DNA of 64,000 nt, from contig OZ287697.1 in the NCBI GenBank assembly GCA_965649825.1, positions 1,474,351 through 1,538,350 on the forward strand. Direction: 5' to 3'. Both the position numbers and the translations under genes were made by a program. Every line of letters begins with the position of its first letter. Positions within the stretch are counted from its first letter, which is position 1. Below are positions 25,039 to 38,500 of the stretch, piece after piece. This DNA is from Penicillus capitatus. Its lineage: Eukaryota; Plantae; Chlorophyta. Below the pieces are notes generated by a model. It saw only the letters and a program-made list of their open reading frames with translations, did not search any database and had not been told where the DNA came from.

Positions 25039-26454
25039 ACTACGACTGCTGGTTGGAAAGGGAACAGACGCCCACGTACGATACAACAGCGTCGTTCACA
25101 CGTGCATCGTGAAGGACGCAGTTTTTAGAGACGATTGACAGCGACTTGCAGATGATCGTTCACTGTACGACAGAACGCGGCACGCCGTTGTTCGATGTCC
25201 TCGATATCAGTCATCCAAGCGACCAGTCATCTTCTCGTGGAACCTGGAGATCAGCGCGCAGACGGATAAGACTCGATGAAATGACCCATCCCCATCGGCG
25301 AGCTTCACGGAAGGAGACGATCACGTGTCCACGCGACGGAGGAAGGTCTTTCTTGTCGAGTGAGCCTATCAGCCTGGGTGTGAAGGCACAGCACTCCTCA
25401 ATACTCTGTGTGTAGGTCGAGCCAGGAGTGTCCTTCTCGCAAACCTCAGATTCGAGAACTGCTCTCTCAGGGTTCTTCTGCATAAGGAGATAGCGTGAAA
25501 GTGGAGAAGTGCGCGTCTGGAAGGACATTCAGCCTCAGTATGACAGCTTTGGCTGGATTTCAGGTACTGTATTCAGCTAAAGTCGCCCACACAAATACGA
25601 GCTTTGTCTCGAATCAAGCAGCCTACGGCGGAGCGGTTTCAGAGACGACGTCGACCATCTCTGGCGATGGCCGGTACCTGGAGGGCAATGCTGTCTCGGC
25701 ATCTGGCGGAGCCGTCTATCTCGACAGATCGAAGAACGCCACGATCCATAACGCAGTCTTCAGGAACAACTCAGCCAGAGACGGAGGAGCCGCGACACAG
25801 GCATGTGGAACCGAGGGCCATCTAAAGAGTGCCACTTTTTGGAAAACCGGGCGATCTAGTGCAGTGGGGATTTGTGGACAGAGTCGTTCACCTACCATCC
25901 GAGTCGGTGATACTCAGAGAGCGTCAAGCATATGTTAGCCGTTTCATGCATTCCTCCAAAACAGTCTTCTGCATATCAATGATTCAGTCATTGTGAACGG
26001 GACTGCTCGATTGGTGCCTGCATCGATGGCGGCGATGGAAATCTTACCTACCGGTATACGATCATCTAGAACTGTTAGGCGTCGAAGGACGGTGGTACAC
26101 GGCGACTGACAGAGCATGCATCTGCTGCGTTGACAAATGTCAGTGTCACAGCCAGTCGTGCAGACGATGACGATGTTCGTCGTCATTCTTGTTCTCTATG
26201 CGCAGGTGATATCCCATCCCTGTCGTTTTGAATCTGACATCCTCGATGAAACGGAAAGCACCTCAGTTCTCGTTTCATTGCCCACTTTTGGTTTGAATGT
26301 CTTGTTCAGTGATGAACGGGTCACATCAGCTGTGCAGTACTTTGAGACACTCGGTGTTGCGTTTTGCAGCCTTGCACTACTGATTTGTTTTCTCTTCTTT
26401 TTGTTGCCAAGAACCTCACCATCGTCCCAATCAGACGGTGTGACGATCGACTAA
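25039..26454 (+). pseudogene. Heavily degraded, internally deleted copy of a G8-type gene, inverted relative to G8
   Basis: Matches the G8 cap exon, its intron (25360-25415, GTGAGCCTA.CAGCC..TGTGTAG), two beta-helix patches and the distal TM helices. Frameshifts and stops are present. About 1.3 kb and 3.1 kb of G8 sequence are missing at junctions near 25540 and 26170. Confidence 0.8.
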
Positions 26455-28824
26455 CGCGCTGGACCATGTACATCATCAAGGTCTATGTGTCCACTTATAT
26501 CTTTACTGGTGTCAAGAAGTGATTCTCTTCGCTGTTCTCGTTCTGTGGCAACCTACGATGGGCACATTTATTTAAGACACGAACCAAGGCCGTACAAGAT
26601 CACATCTTCCATGCGGAATTGCATAGTGAGCTTTTCAATACCAACTCCATGAATAATAAATGACAATGAGTGCGGTGCCTGGAGCACCTCAGCTAACAGA
26701 ATCTGGTGTTCTCCTTACTATACGAGCAAGCTGCAGAAAGGGCGCCCCATCCACGAGTGATAGTTCTGCGTATTCGATCAAAAGCATCAGAATGCGCCTA
26801 ACTATACAAAAAGCATATCCACGGACGCATCTCTGTCCAGATGCGCCCGGTTCGACCTTTATCATCTTCAAGCAACAGAACGGTATCAGGTTGGATGGAA
26901 CTCCGAACGATGAGGTGAACGAGAGACCGTTACTTATAGCATGCACTTGAAGAGCGGTCGTCAGAGCAGTTGCGTAGAAGACGTAGTAGAAATTTGCCTC
27001 CTACGACTTCCGACGGTTTGCATGCAGCTGGACTCTACCCGACGATAAATGCCGTACGTTTTGCAAGCGTCTGTTGAAGGTTGACACTGAGTGGTCTGAC
27101 GAAAATGCGTTGCCGTTTACTCGGTCTGTTGTCGACGTGCGTATTGTTGTTTGGCGCGAAGGCGAACGCATTCGCCTGTCCTAAAATCCATCTCCGCCGA
27201 CCTCTGACTGCGGCGACGGCCGAAGATGTCTCCACCGCGCGTTCTTCCGGCGAAGTCTTAACCTCGAGTCCGTCCGCATTTTCAGAAAGTTCGGCATCTG
27301 CGCCGCCTTGTGCGACGAAGACTGCCTCGTCGTCAACGAGGCACGAGTACGAAGCGGTGAATCCTTCTCGCACGTCCCAAACGAGCAAGGCTGCAGAGGA
27401 GGGCCGTTCTTCTGTTGCTGGGCGAGGTCACAGTCAGAGCCGATCCCTGAGACAAGATGATGGCCAGGACGACGAAGCTCGCGCAAGTGAGACGCCTGCT
27501 GTCTGCGAGAACGATCTCTTGACGCCAGTTCGCCTTGTCTTAGGTCGTCCTTGCTCGCTCAATGAACAGATCGTCAAAGAACACTTGAACGAAACAACGA
27601 GAACGTGGAGCATCAGTTCTGCCCTTGTTAACGCCCCCGGGGTTAGCATCCAAGGCATTATCGACTGCACGAAGCCAGACGATGTGCTTTCCTTCGCTGT
27701 GATGAGAGTCTGGGCGTCTCCGCGCATCGTCATTTCATGGCCGTTGACGTTGACAGGACCAGAGGACAGTTCCTACGCAAAGACGACCTTCATCTGTGCG
27801 AACACAAGAGATGGCGTTTTCTTTGTCAAGTGAGATTTGGATTTTCGATTTGTTATTGTCTGATGTTGGTCTCGTATTCAGGTCGCCGGGTGTCCATTTC
27901 GCGAATCTAGCATTCGAAGACTGCGCTCTCGAACCTGGCAGTTCTGGGTTCATCGTGGAAGTTGAGAACTGTACTTCCAGTCGCATCAGAGGCACTATTC
28001 AGTTTCACCATGTCAGCTTCAGGAAGAACACCCTGATCAACGGCACGGCACTCGCGATACAGTCTCCATCTTGCTCTGAGCTGGAGTTGAGCGATTTCGT
28101 CTTCGAGAACAATACGTGTGTTGGTCGTTGTGGCGTGATCATGTCTAGACGAAATCGATTAACAGACGTCGTCATTCGGCACAACACGCAGTATGACTCC
28201 GAGAACAGCAACACAGCAGTGTTCTTCGCGCCTCCTGGATCTGAGACGTCAGTGGACCGCATGATCAGTTCAGAGAACAGATGTTCAAGCATCGCAGTTC
28301 AGAATGGATTGCTAGACATGACACGTTCTACATTCACCAAGAATTCGATCGAACCTAACCAGGATGGTATGGGCGTTACATCCCTCATGTTGACCTCGGC
28401 GTCAGTGTCGATCATAGAATGCCGGTTTGAACAGAACACGGCTCCCATAGGAGGTGCCGTTGCGATGTCAGAATCGAATGTCACCTTCGCCGACAGCAGT
28501 TTTGAAGCAAATACTGCCAGAAGCGGGGGCGTCATGGTGTTTGGAGATAGCAGCACAGTCCGGATTCAATCCTGCGACTTCTTCATGAATGAAGCTCTCG
28601 AGTTGGGTGGCGTACTAGTGGCGATAGAGTCTCGGTTAATTGTCACGGACTCCGTTTTTGAGAAGAACTCTGCAAACAACTCTGGTGGGTGTATTCTTCT
28701 GGAAGGCTTGAGCAATCTTACAATGTCATTCACGGCGATGAACAACAATGGAGCTGCTTTTGGTGGTGCTGTTGCGCTCGAAGGGAAGACATCGGGAAAT
28801 TTGATGAATTCGTCCTTCCGCATG

Positions 28825-30300
28825 AACAGTGCATCTACATCTGGAGGTGACGTTTACGTCGAAGACTCCACGCTCACCGTTCAGAAGTGTCAGTTCTCCG
28901 ATGGATCTGCAAAGTCCGGTGGAGGAATCTTCTCAGTTTCTTCAACTGTCTCTATCCGGAAGACTGTCGCATCCAATCTGGTTGCGGGTCAGTTTGGTGG
29001 ATTCTGTTCTGGTGGAAATTCCGAGATACAGTTGAAAGGCTGTGTATTCTCAGATAACAGAGCTGACGAAGGAGGTGTGATCCATTGCGGACCCAATTGC
29101 AGATTCTCAGACACTGGATCGAAGTACTCCCACAACTCAGCTGACTCTGGTGGCGCCGTTTACCTCGAGAGCAACCCTTCGGGCAGTATCAAAGATTGTC
29201 AGTTCGAGAAGAACAGTGCATCTTCATCTGGAGGTGACGTTTACGTCGAAGACTCCACGCTCACCGTTCAGAAGTGTCAGTTCGCCGATGGATCTGCAGA
29301 GCACGGTGGAGGAATCTTCTCAGCTTCTTCAACTGTCTCTATTGAAGACAGCTCCGCATCCGACTTGTCTGCAGATCGACATGGTGGATTCTTCTCTGGT
29401 AGAATCTCCAACATATCCATGAAAGACTGCGTGTTCTCAAAAAACAGAGCTGATGAAGGAGGTGTGGTTCAATGTCATTCCAACTGCAGATTCTCGGACA
29501 CTGGATCGAAGTACTCCCGCAATTCGGCAGATTTCGGTGGCGCCATTAACCTCCGGGAAGACTCATCAGGCAGCATCGAAGATTGCCGGTTCAAGAAGAA
29601 CAGTGCATCTACATCTGGAGGTGATGTTTACGTCGAAGACTCCACGCTCTCCGTTCACAAGTGTAGCTTCGAGAATGGGTCTGCGAAGTATGGTGGTGGG
29701 ATCTTCTCATCGTCTGCTGAAATCTCCGTCGATGATACCTCGCATTACTTTAACAACTCAGCAAACTTTGGTGGTGCCATTTGCATTCTGAGCAACTCAT
29801 CCGGCAACATCACTGACTGCCAGTTTGACAAAAACAGTGCATCTACATCTGGCGGTGCTCTATACGTCGAAGATTCCGTTCTATCCGTTCATAAGTGCAA
29901 CTTTACCCATGGATCTGCAGAGCACGGTGGAGGAATCTACTCGCGCTCCTCGGACATCTCTGTCAAGGATGCTTCGCACTACTCCAGCAACACGGCCAAA
30001 TCTGGTGGTGCCGTTTTTCTCGAAGACAACTCGTCGGGCAACATTACTGATTGTCAATTTGACAAGAACACTGCATCCAGATCTGGTGGAGCTGTATATG
30101 TCCGAGGCTCTACGCTCTCCGTTAACAAGTGCACCTTTAAGGATGGATCTGCAGATTCCGGAGGAGCAATCAGTGCAATCTCTTCGGACATCTCTGAATC
30201 AGTCGTCAAGAGTAACAACATCAAGATCTCAAGGTGTGAGGCAGAGACCGATGGAGGTGCCATCATGTGCAGTAGTTCATCGAAGCTGCTTTGCAGTGGC
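28825..30300 (+). repeat. Intragenic tandem cassettes in G5: periods 387, 387, 234, 234 nt
   Basis: AACAGTGCATC/AACACTGCATC anchors at 28825, 29212, 29599, 29833 and 30067. Confidence 0.9.
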
Positions 30301-32433
30301 TGCACTCTAGTCGACAACAAAGCAATCCGTGGCGGGGCCATATCCTTTCAGTACAGTGACACTCGATCTATTTCCCTGCAGTTAGCCGACAGCACTCTCC
30401 GAAAAAACTCAGCCAAATATGGAGGTATTCATTACAAGACTGACAGAGAGAGTCACACTGTTGTTCTTTACGCAGGAGCGATTCAAATTGCCGCCGAAAC
30501 TGAGTCTGTATTGCAAAAGTGTGTGGCAGAATCTGATGAATGTGGAGTCGCGGCTGTGGTGGACACATCGATGACGGACAACAAAGCAAGATCGGCAGGC
30601 GGTGCTATCCATATTGACAAAGTTGCTGGTCTCCGACTGAGCTGCTCAGACGAATTGAAAGAACAGGGACTGCAATTCTACGCAGAGAAGCAGTGGATGT
30701 CCATGAAGCGCCTGACATCGATCGACGACATCTGCCCATCCTGGAAAAACAACACAGCTGAGAGATACGGACCAGATGTGGCAACCTCTGCATTCGATGT
30801 CCGAAAGGAGATCACTGATGAGGAGACAGATGTGTTAAGCTCAGTGAATGGGAATGATTACACCATACGGAACCACAAAAGCGGAAGGCCAATTCCCATG
30901 ATCATCTTAACAGCGGAGGATGAGCTCGGACAAGGCTCGGTCGTCGGGGAGAACAATGAGGAAATCGAAGCTGTGGTGTCCTCCCCAGATGGATTCTTCG
31001 TTGGAAGCGTCAAAGTGCCCCTAGAAGAACGCGTCACAAGCTTCAGCACCGTTGGGTTTGTACAGCCAGGCATTTACAGAATTGTGTTTGATTTCAAAGG
31101 GGCAAGCAGAGAAAACTTTGAGATCGCCGTGGAGGTGAAGCCATGTGAAATGGGCGAAGTTTCTTCCGGGAATAAAACATTCTGTGAAATCTGCAGCGTC
31201 ACCTCTTACAATTTTTCGCCGGAAGAGGACTTGTTATGCCACCCGTGTCCAGAGAACGGAGACTGCACAACGCAAGTCATCTTGCCAAACGAGGAATATT
31301 GGCACGCATCACCTTGCTCGAAGAACATCATCAAATGCCTGAGCTCAAACGCATGTCACAACGAGAAACGCGTTGAGAAACTGGAGGAACTGACACGATA
31401 TATTTCCACCTGTAACATTAGCAAGGAACGAATCGAAGATTACCAACAGGCACAGTGTGAAGAGGCGAGTTTGAGATTCTAATTTGCTCAGGTGTTGATG
31501 ATCTCTGTTGTGCATGCAGGGTTACACTGGTCCACTGTGTGGATCTTGTAACAGTTCATATGGCAGTTCTCCGTCTTCCAAGTGTCAGAAGTGTCGTGTG
31601 GAGATCGATAATGTTCTGGTGATCTGCGTCTCGGCAGTGATTCTCTTGTTTCTATCCGGCATTACAATGAAAGGAACATTGTACACGACAAACCGCCAAC
31701 GGATGATGGTTTCTGGTCACAGACGGATTTCCCGTGGCATTCAACTCTCAAATCTTTCGACGCGAAACCTGGCAGAATCTCCAAGAGCAGAGGATCCTCC
31801 TGTCCGATCGGACGAGGTTGAAGGGACAAACGCATCAACAGGAATGGCGCACGTGACTGAAGCGACCCTGGCAGAATGGAGAGTCACCGAGATGCTCAAG
31901 GTGCGACCATCGTGCACACGCCCCTTCCTAACAGGGACCGTTATTGCAGATAACGCTGAACTACATCCAAGTGACAGTACTGATTGCATCTCTAAACGTT
32001 GGATGGACATTTCTTGTTCTTAAAGTGGGAGAGATAGCAGGTCCTCAGCAGTCCGTGTCAACCATCGCCTCACCTCATCGCTGTGTGCTCTGTAGAGTTC
32101 TTCGGCGGGCTCGCAGCAGAGAGCGTCCGGAGCTCAGTTGTCTGTCTGAGCAAAGCAAACCAGTTCCTTCATCCGACCATCTGGGGCACGATCGTGAGCG
32201 TTTCTGTCGTTCCTGTTGCTGCATTTCTGTTGCTCGTTGTGTTCTGGACTGGAGTTGCACTCTTCTATCAGATCGAAAGGCGGCTGCGTTACATCGCGCA
32301 GAGATGTGTGCTTTCACTCATGGCACTCTGGTACATCACTTCCGTCCCGGTGATCAAGACAACACTCAGCGTTTTTATCTGCGTTGGTGTGTACAACGTT
32401 CTGGATGGAACGCAGAACGATGAAAAGATCATA

Positions 32434-32511
32434 GACACGACAAAGGAGGAAGAGATCAGTTACTGGGCAGTTGACACGACAAAGGAGGAAGAGATCAGTT
32501 ACTGGGCAGTT
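32434..32511 (+). repeat. Perfect 39-bp in-frame tandem duplication (DTTKEEEISYWAV x2)
   Basis: Units 32434-32472 and 32473-32511, followed by GACACGA again. Single copy in G2. Confidence 0.95.
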
Positions 32512-35500
32512 GACACGAAACTGAAGTGCTTTGAGGGCCAACATCTGATCCTGGTGACCTAGATTCTGCCGTTCGTGAGCATCGTCTACGTCGGACTCCT
32601 CATCGTCTTTATCTCCATCCTCACATCGCCCAAGGAGCTGCGCGATCATCCACATAGCTGGGTCTATCAGACCACTGGATTTCTGTACCGTGGCTACGGG
32701 TCCGGATGGCGGCGCTACTGGGAGGCGGTCATCGTGCTGAGGAAAGCGATTCTTGCTTTTCTGGTTTTCTGCGCCCACCGTTTTAACAGCCTTGTTTTCA
32801 TCACGTCCCTTGCTATCTTCATCATACTTGTGATGGGACTGCAGATGGTGGCGATGCCCTACAGAGAGAAGTTTGACGCCTTGAACAGAATAGACTTGTT
32901 ATCCCTTTTCGTCTCACTCCTGACGATCATGTTCGCCATCATGCTGGAGAGTGGGGGTCTCGGCGAAGAGTGGTATGGAATGACGCTCTCGATCATCTGT
33001 GCCGTGCTCAATATCTCTACCTTTCTCGTTCTTCTCTGTTTTCTTTTCAACTACTGGGTTAAGAGCATCAAGCTCTCCATGAGCGAATGCGGGACGCACA
33101 TTGACGCAGATGCCGGAACACTAAGAATCCTGAAGATCTGGCTGGGATACATGTTTCAGTCCGTGGCCCCTTATGTGAGATTCGACAGGCATCACGATCA
33201 GAAGAGTCTTTTTTCCGATGTGTAAACATTTTTTGGCCAACAGCATCTTTTTATATTCAAGCCAGCAACATAAGGGTATTCTAATCTGTTGTTGTCGGCG
33301 ACATCCCAGTTGTTTGTTGTTCTCTTTTGCGTGCGTGCGTGCGTGCATGTTCAGAGTAACGAACAATCTGTGGTGGTGTGGGCAGAAGCGTAATGCTATT
33401 GAGCATTGACTGTGGGTGACGGCTCCCTCCTTGATTCTTTATTCCAGATGAACAATCGTGTTATCAACTGTCGATGTAACGAGGGAGCTTTCTTGATGTG
33501 ACTGTGAACAGACGCGCGAGAATACTAAATGAGAAGCGCGAGCATTAAGTTGGAAGTTCTCCGACATACAACTCCGATTCCTCCGCACGTCACCTCACAT
33601 TCTATGCTTCTCTGTGCCGATACACGTAAGGACGACTGAAGACGGGAGAGACGTCTTCAGACAACAGTGCGCCGTCATTCTTCCATGAATGGTTTCCATC
33701 GTCGCGTTGACGTCACTCAGTGTCTCTCCCGCAGCAGCACCCTGACAGCGGCATACATGACTGGAAGGCAAACACAGATGCTGATAGTGGAGATGCGAGC
33801 AATCAATCCTGCCGTCCTCCGCTAGCTGATTCCTCGGCTGAGGCGACGAAAGTGCGTCTCTCATACTCCTGCTGAAGCATGTGGTGCGTTGTCTAAAAGA
33901 CGAGAGATCTGGATGTTGTGACACAGTAACGCACACGGTGATTGTCGTCATCGTCTCTGATGCAATCAAGAACGATCGACGCGTCATTCTCCGTCTGACT
34001 TGTGAAGATGGAGCGTCACCCTTCAATGCCTGTTGGATTATATGGCCTTTCGATTGGAAGGCCATCCTTCAATCCATCCTCTTCAGCGCCATCGCTTCGA
34101 GTAGAGTGCTTCGCAGAGCGAATTCGTGGAGCAACGATGGAAACGGCCTTCACTTTAAAGGATCGAGCATCGCGTTTGTCGAGGATTCTTCGTCTGCAGG
34201 GAAAAATGGAGTCTTAAGAAGAAGGATTCCGATCGCGACTGTTGGATATTTAGCCTCTTACCTGTCCTGGAGGAAAGAACCCGAGCATTCTCTTGTGTTG
34301 AATGAAGACTGTTTGTTCTCAGCTAACACACCTATCCTCTCTGACTTTGTTATCAACAGCTCTGTGCGATAGAGAAATCTGCGCTTGATACAAGACAAAA
34401 CGCGATCTGTCTAATAATGAGCAGGCCGCTGTTGAGGTGTTGGAAAGCTAAGGAGTGCCAACCGGGCGACAGAAGCAGATGCGTTTGGTCATATCGTTTT
34501 CGTTCGGACAAGAATTCCTCAGTCAATGGATTGGAGTCCTCGTTCGCTCTCTGCATCTTTCCGCGGAATCGAATCCCCCTACTGGCTTCGGCATTGTTCT
34601 GCTTATCGGTGTTTGCTGAGCTATACCCGTGTGCCGGTTGATCTCATTGAATTCTGTTCAATGTTACACTCCATTCCTGCAGATGGTGTTGTCTGCTAGC
34701 ATTTACATGACGCAAACCTTGTGGAAAGGAGATGTCATTATGAGAGCAAGGTGTGTTTGGTACTGCCCACCTCGCCGTTCATGACGCTCGCAACGTCTGC
34801 CGAAGACAGATACTTGAATGGGTTTCTTAGTTAGTAGAGCAAGAGAAGGAGTGTCTCCAAGATTCTTGCCGACTTAGGCATTCGATTTGGCACAACTGCA
34901 AGTGCCGTTTGCTGTTGTCGATCGCGACATCTATCGCGACAGAAGAGAGATAACAATGATGACGATAACGCTGCCGTTTACTATGCACCGTCGAGGATTT
35001 CGTCCAGTAATATGTCACGTCATGAAGTGAAAGTGCGCAGACAGAAATACTCGTGACGAGCAGCGAGTGATAGATGAGACAAGTACTAACGAAAGGAACC
35101 TTGTGGAATGAATGGCTGCCGTAGTCGGTTCGTCTCTGATCGCGATTGGCCGGCGGGATCGACGGGTTCTATACTGGAGAGGGCGTATGTGTCGCCGTGT
35201 TCGGCTCAGGGAAGCCCGCAAGATCCGTCGCGTCATCAGACCGTCGCTTCTATGGTCTGCACGTTTCGCTGCGACAGTCATCACGTTGATCGATGCGGAA
35301 AGCCTGAAGCGAAGAACCACAGTGAAAGTTTTGTGGTATACAGCGCGAGAGATTTAACTGTCACCACTACTAGAGACACCACGTCTCTTGCGATTCTAAT
35401 TCGTTCCGATCCTTGTCTCTCTGGTGCGTCCGCATCGCTCGTCCTGCCCACTTGTGCAATATCATCGTGCACACGCCGACGGAGACTTCTTTGTCTTCGC

Positions 35501-35546
35501 GAAGCCATTCCTGCGAGACTTTCTATTCCGTCGGGGCGACGGGCAG

Positions 35547-38500
35547 ATGCGGCGCTCGTTTATTCTACTCATGTGCTGCGCTTCATGCAGCTTGTCTGTT
35601 TTGTCCACTGCTGGCGCAAAGCTATCCGCAAACGACCAGCAGTTTCCCGACTCCATTCATAAAGGTAGATGTTGTTCCAGCACTCTGATATGCGAGCGAG
35701 CGTTCGCCGGCAGGCGCGCGGACAACTGTCGGACGCCGTCCACTGCCAGCCGTAAACAAGGATGTCTTCACGGAGACTCCTATCGAATCATCAATGGTGA
35801 GCCGGTATAGCCAGTGCCGAATCCTCGGCATTGTACTCTTGCGCGAAGGTCCGCAACGGAGAACGCATTCTGCTTCAATCCGAACAACCCAACGCTGCCA
35901 AGGAACCTGGTCAGATATTTCTCTCTCGATTATCTTTCCAGAAGATTCACTGAGTGGCGTGTTTAGAACGTGAATGTTCTCTGCGACGCGTCGACATCCG
36001 CCGTTACTTGGACGTGAGCTCGAGAACGTGGTCAGTGGACGACGACGCGATTGATGAAATCGACAGCGACGTGCAGGCGCTCGTCAACTGTACGAAGGAA
36101 GGAGACGTTCTGCTGTTCAACGCGACGAAGAGAATCCGACCCTCCACTCCCGTTGTCCTCCCGTGGCCGCTGACCCTGAGTGCATTCGTCGAGCAGCCTG
36201 ATGGTCCCGAGGAAGGCGTGTTCCCGACGGCAGTTAAGAGAGCGACGTTCACGTGTCCCCACAAGAACGAAGGCGTCTTTCTCGTCCGGTAGGTCCTCTC
36301 GATGCAAAGAACATCGTTGACGGTGTGTGCCTTGCAGAACCGGAGGTTCGATTCTCGCCAACCTCGAGTTCAGAGACTGCCTTTTCGGCGAATCGGGAAA
36401 GAAAAAAGCGTTGATCGAAGTGGAGGGGTGTGCCTCGGCACCGGCAGACCGTATTCTGCTTCTGCACCACGTGTCCTTCAAGGAGAACCGCCTCGTCGAT
36501 GCCGCGGGCGTCTGGGTCCACTCGACATCTTGTCTGGCACTCGACATGCGAAACGTCGAGTTCTCGGACAATCAGTGCTCGAGCAGCGGCTGCGGCGCGA
36601 TCCTGTCGTCAAACAACAGAATCGAAGACTTCACGGCCAGGCGGAATCGCCTGACGGAAGAGCACGACCGTCAGCCATCCGTTCTGAATGCTCCGGCTGC
36701 ATCGAGGACAGTGGCGACCGACATCAGGGCTGTTCGCAACGATCTCGCTGCGATGCATGTCGTGGAAGGATCGCTCTCCCTGACGAATTCAACCTGTTCG
36801 TATAACTCAGTGGAGGCGTTTGATGACGAAGAGCCCTTCGGTCCTTGCATCCATCTCGTCCGAACGACGGCTACGATCCAGAACTCTCGTTTCGAGGGAA
36901 ATCAAGGATACTGGGGAGGGTCCGTTTCCATGCAGTCCTCCAACGTCTCTCTTGAAGACTCAGACTTCCGCAACGGCAGAGCCGAGAAGGGAGGTGTCCT
37001 GTTCGCCGAGACTGGCAGCGTGGTCTTTATTGAGAGATGTAGCTTCGTGGAGAACGAGGCAAGCAAACACGGTGGTGTGGCCTTCATTGTTTCGTCGTCA
37101 GTGTCACTCGTCGATTCAAATATGAGTGGCAACTCGGCTGCGGATGTCGGTGGAAGTCTTCGCCTCACAGACTCGACGTTGCAGATCGAAGCATGTCATT
37201 TTCGGAATGGAAGCGCATCTGAAGGCGGGTTTATTCGCATGCAGAAAGCATCAGCGAATATCATCGACTCAACATTTGTCGAAGGCTTTGCAGAACACGG
37301 AGGCTGTGTTGCTTTAGAAGAGCGAAGCCAGCTGGTGTCTCGTGACCTCATCTTCAGATCCAGTTCCGCACACTACGACGGAGGGGTTGTTTATGCTTTG
37401 CAGAATAGCTCTCTGTCCTTCATCAATGCGACCTTCGTATCAAATACGGCAAGGGAGGGCGGTCACTGCATCGCCGTTGATACGTCTCGTGTTTTTGTGA
37501 GACAATCTCTCGTGGCCAACAACACGGGGGCTGGAAAAGGAGCCTTCCTTTACGCTGCAAATCGTAGCAGTGCAGATATCGATGATAGCACATTCGTTCA
37601 CAACGCCGCTCGTTTTGGCGGCGTGATCTATCTAGACATGAGCTCAGTGGGAGTACATGGAAGTATCTTTTCGGGGAACGCCGCATCTCAAGGAGGCGGA
37701 AGCATTTACATGCACACCGATAGCAATCTGTCCATCCATCTGTGTGGATTCGATAATGGAACTGCTGGTGGGAACGGAGGATTTGTGTTGTCATACAACA
37801 GTGAAGCCAGAATCTCGAGATCTCACTTCACCAATGCTTCTGGCGTCTTTGGTGGATGCTTGGCTCTTTCTGATGGAACGAACATGACCGTAGAGAACAG
37901 CACCTTTTCCTCCTGCCGAGTACAGGGTGATGGAGGCGCAATTCATGTCGCTAACTCAACACTGGCAGTTGAGAACATCATCCTGGCAAACAATACAAGT
38001 GAAGATAGTCGGGATGGTGCTGGTGGCGTCTCCTGTCTGTCGAAGTGCCGAATGAGCGCAGTTAACTCGTCCTTTGAGGCGAACTCTGGAATATACGGAG
38101 GCGCCATGTCTATTGCCTACGAGAGCTTGGCCACAGTCGCTGGGTGTCGTTTTTCGGGAAACACAGCTCGACACAGTGCTGCAGCAGTATTCGTTGATTC
38201 CTCACACGTCAGTTTGATTCATTGCGTTTTTACAAACGGGAGTGCGATGTATGGAGGCGCTTTTTCCATCAGCCAAGGTTCGCGGGTGAATCTCAGTGAT
38301 TCCTCCATCTCTTATGGGATGAGTGGCCAAAGTGGCGGCGCAATCACTATTAGCACCGAAAGTGTTCTGCTGATGCGCAATGTCTCCGTGGAGAACAACA
38401 CATCGCTGGATAGCGGAGGCGCTATCTCTGCTGCAGATTCCGCAATGCATCTACAAAACTCAAGCTTCCTCGGAAACCAGGCAATGGCATTCGGTGGCGG

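Larger units (their letters stand above)
27105..33225 (+). pseudogene. G5: full-length receptor paralog with a premature TAG in the membrane domain (1,712-aa truncated product if translated)
   Basis: Signal peptide MRCRLLGLLSTCVLLFGAKANA. Introns 27487-27543, 27830-27881, 30425-30475, 31465-31519 (GC-AG), 31901-31949 and 32041-32095 give 1,934 codons. TAG at 32560-32562 where G2 has TCG (4441-4443); the frame continues to TAA at 33223-33225. Confidence 0.8.

Noticed and set aside
28825-30300. CRISPR-like or non-coding repeat array
   Set aside because: Periods are multiples of 3 inside an open coding exon, with no repeat-spacer structure.
32560-32562. TAG read as Gln (non-standard ulvophyte-type code) rescuing G5
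   Set aside because: TAA and TAG end other genes here, the 2.5-3 kb exons have no in-frame TAR, and the paralog codon is TCG (Ser), one substitution away.
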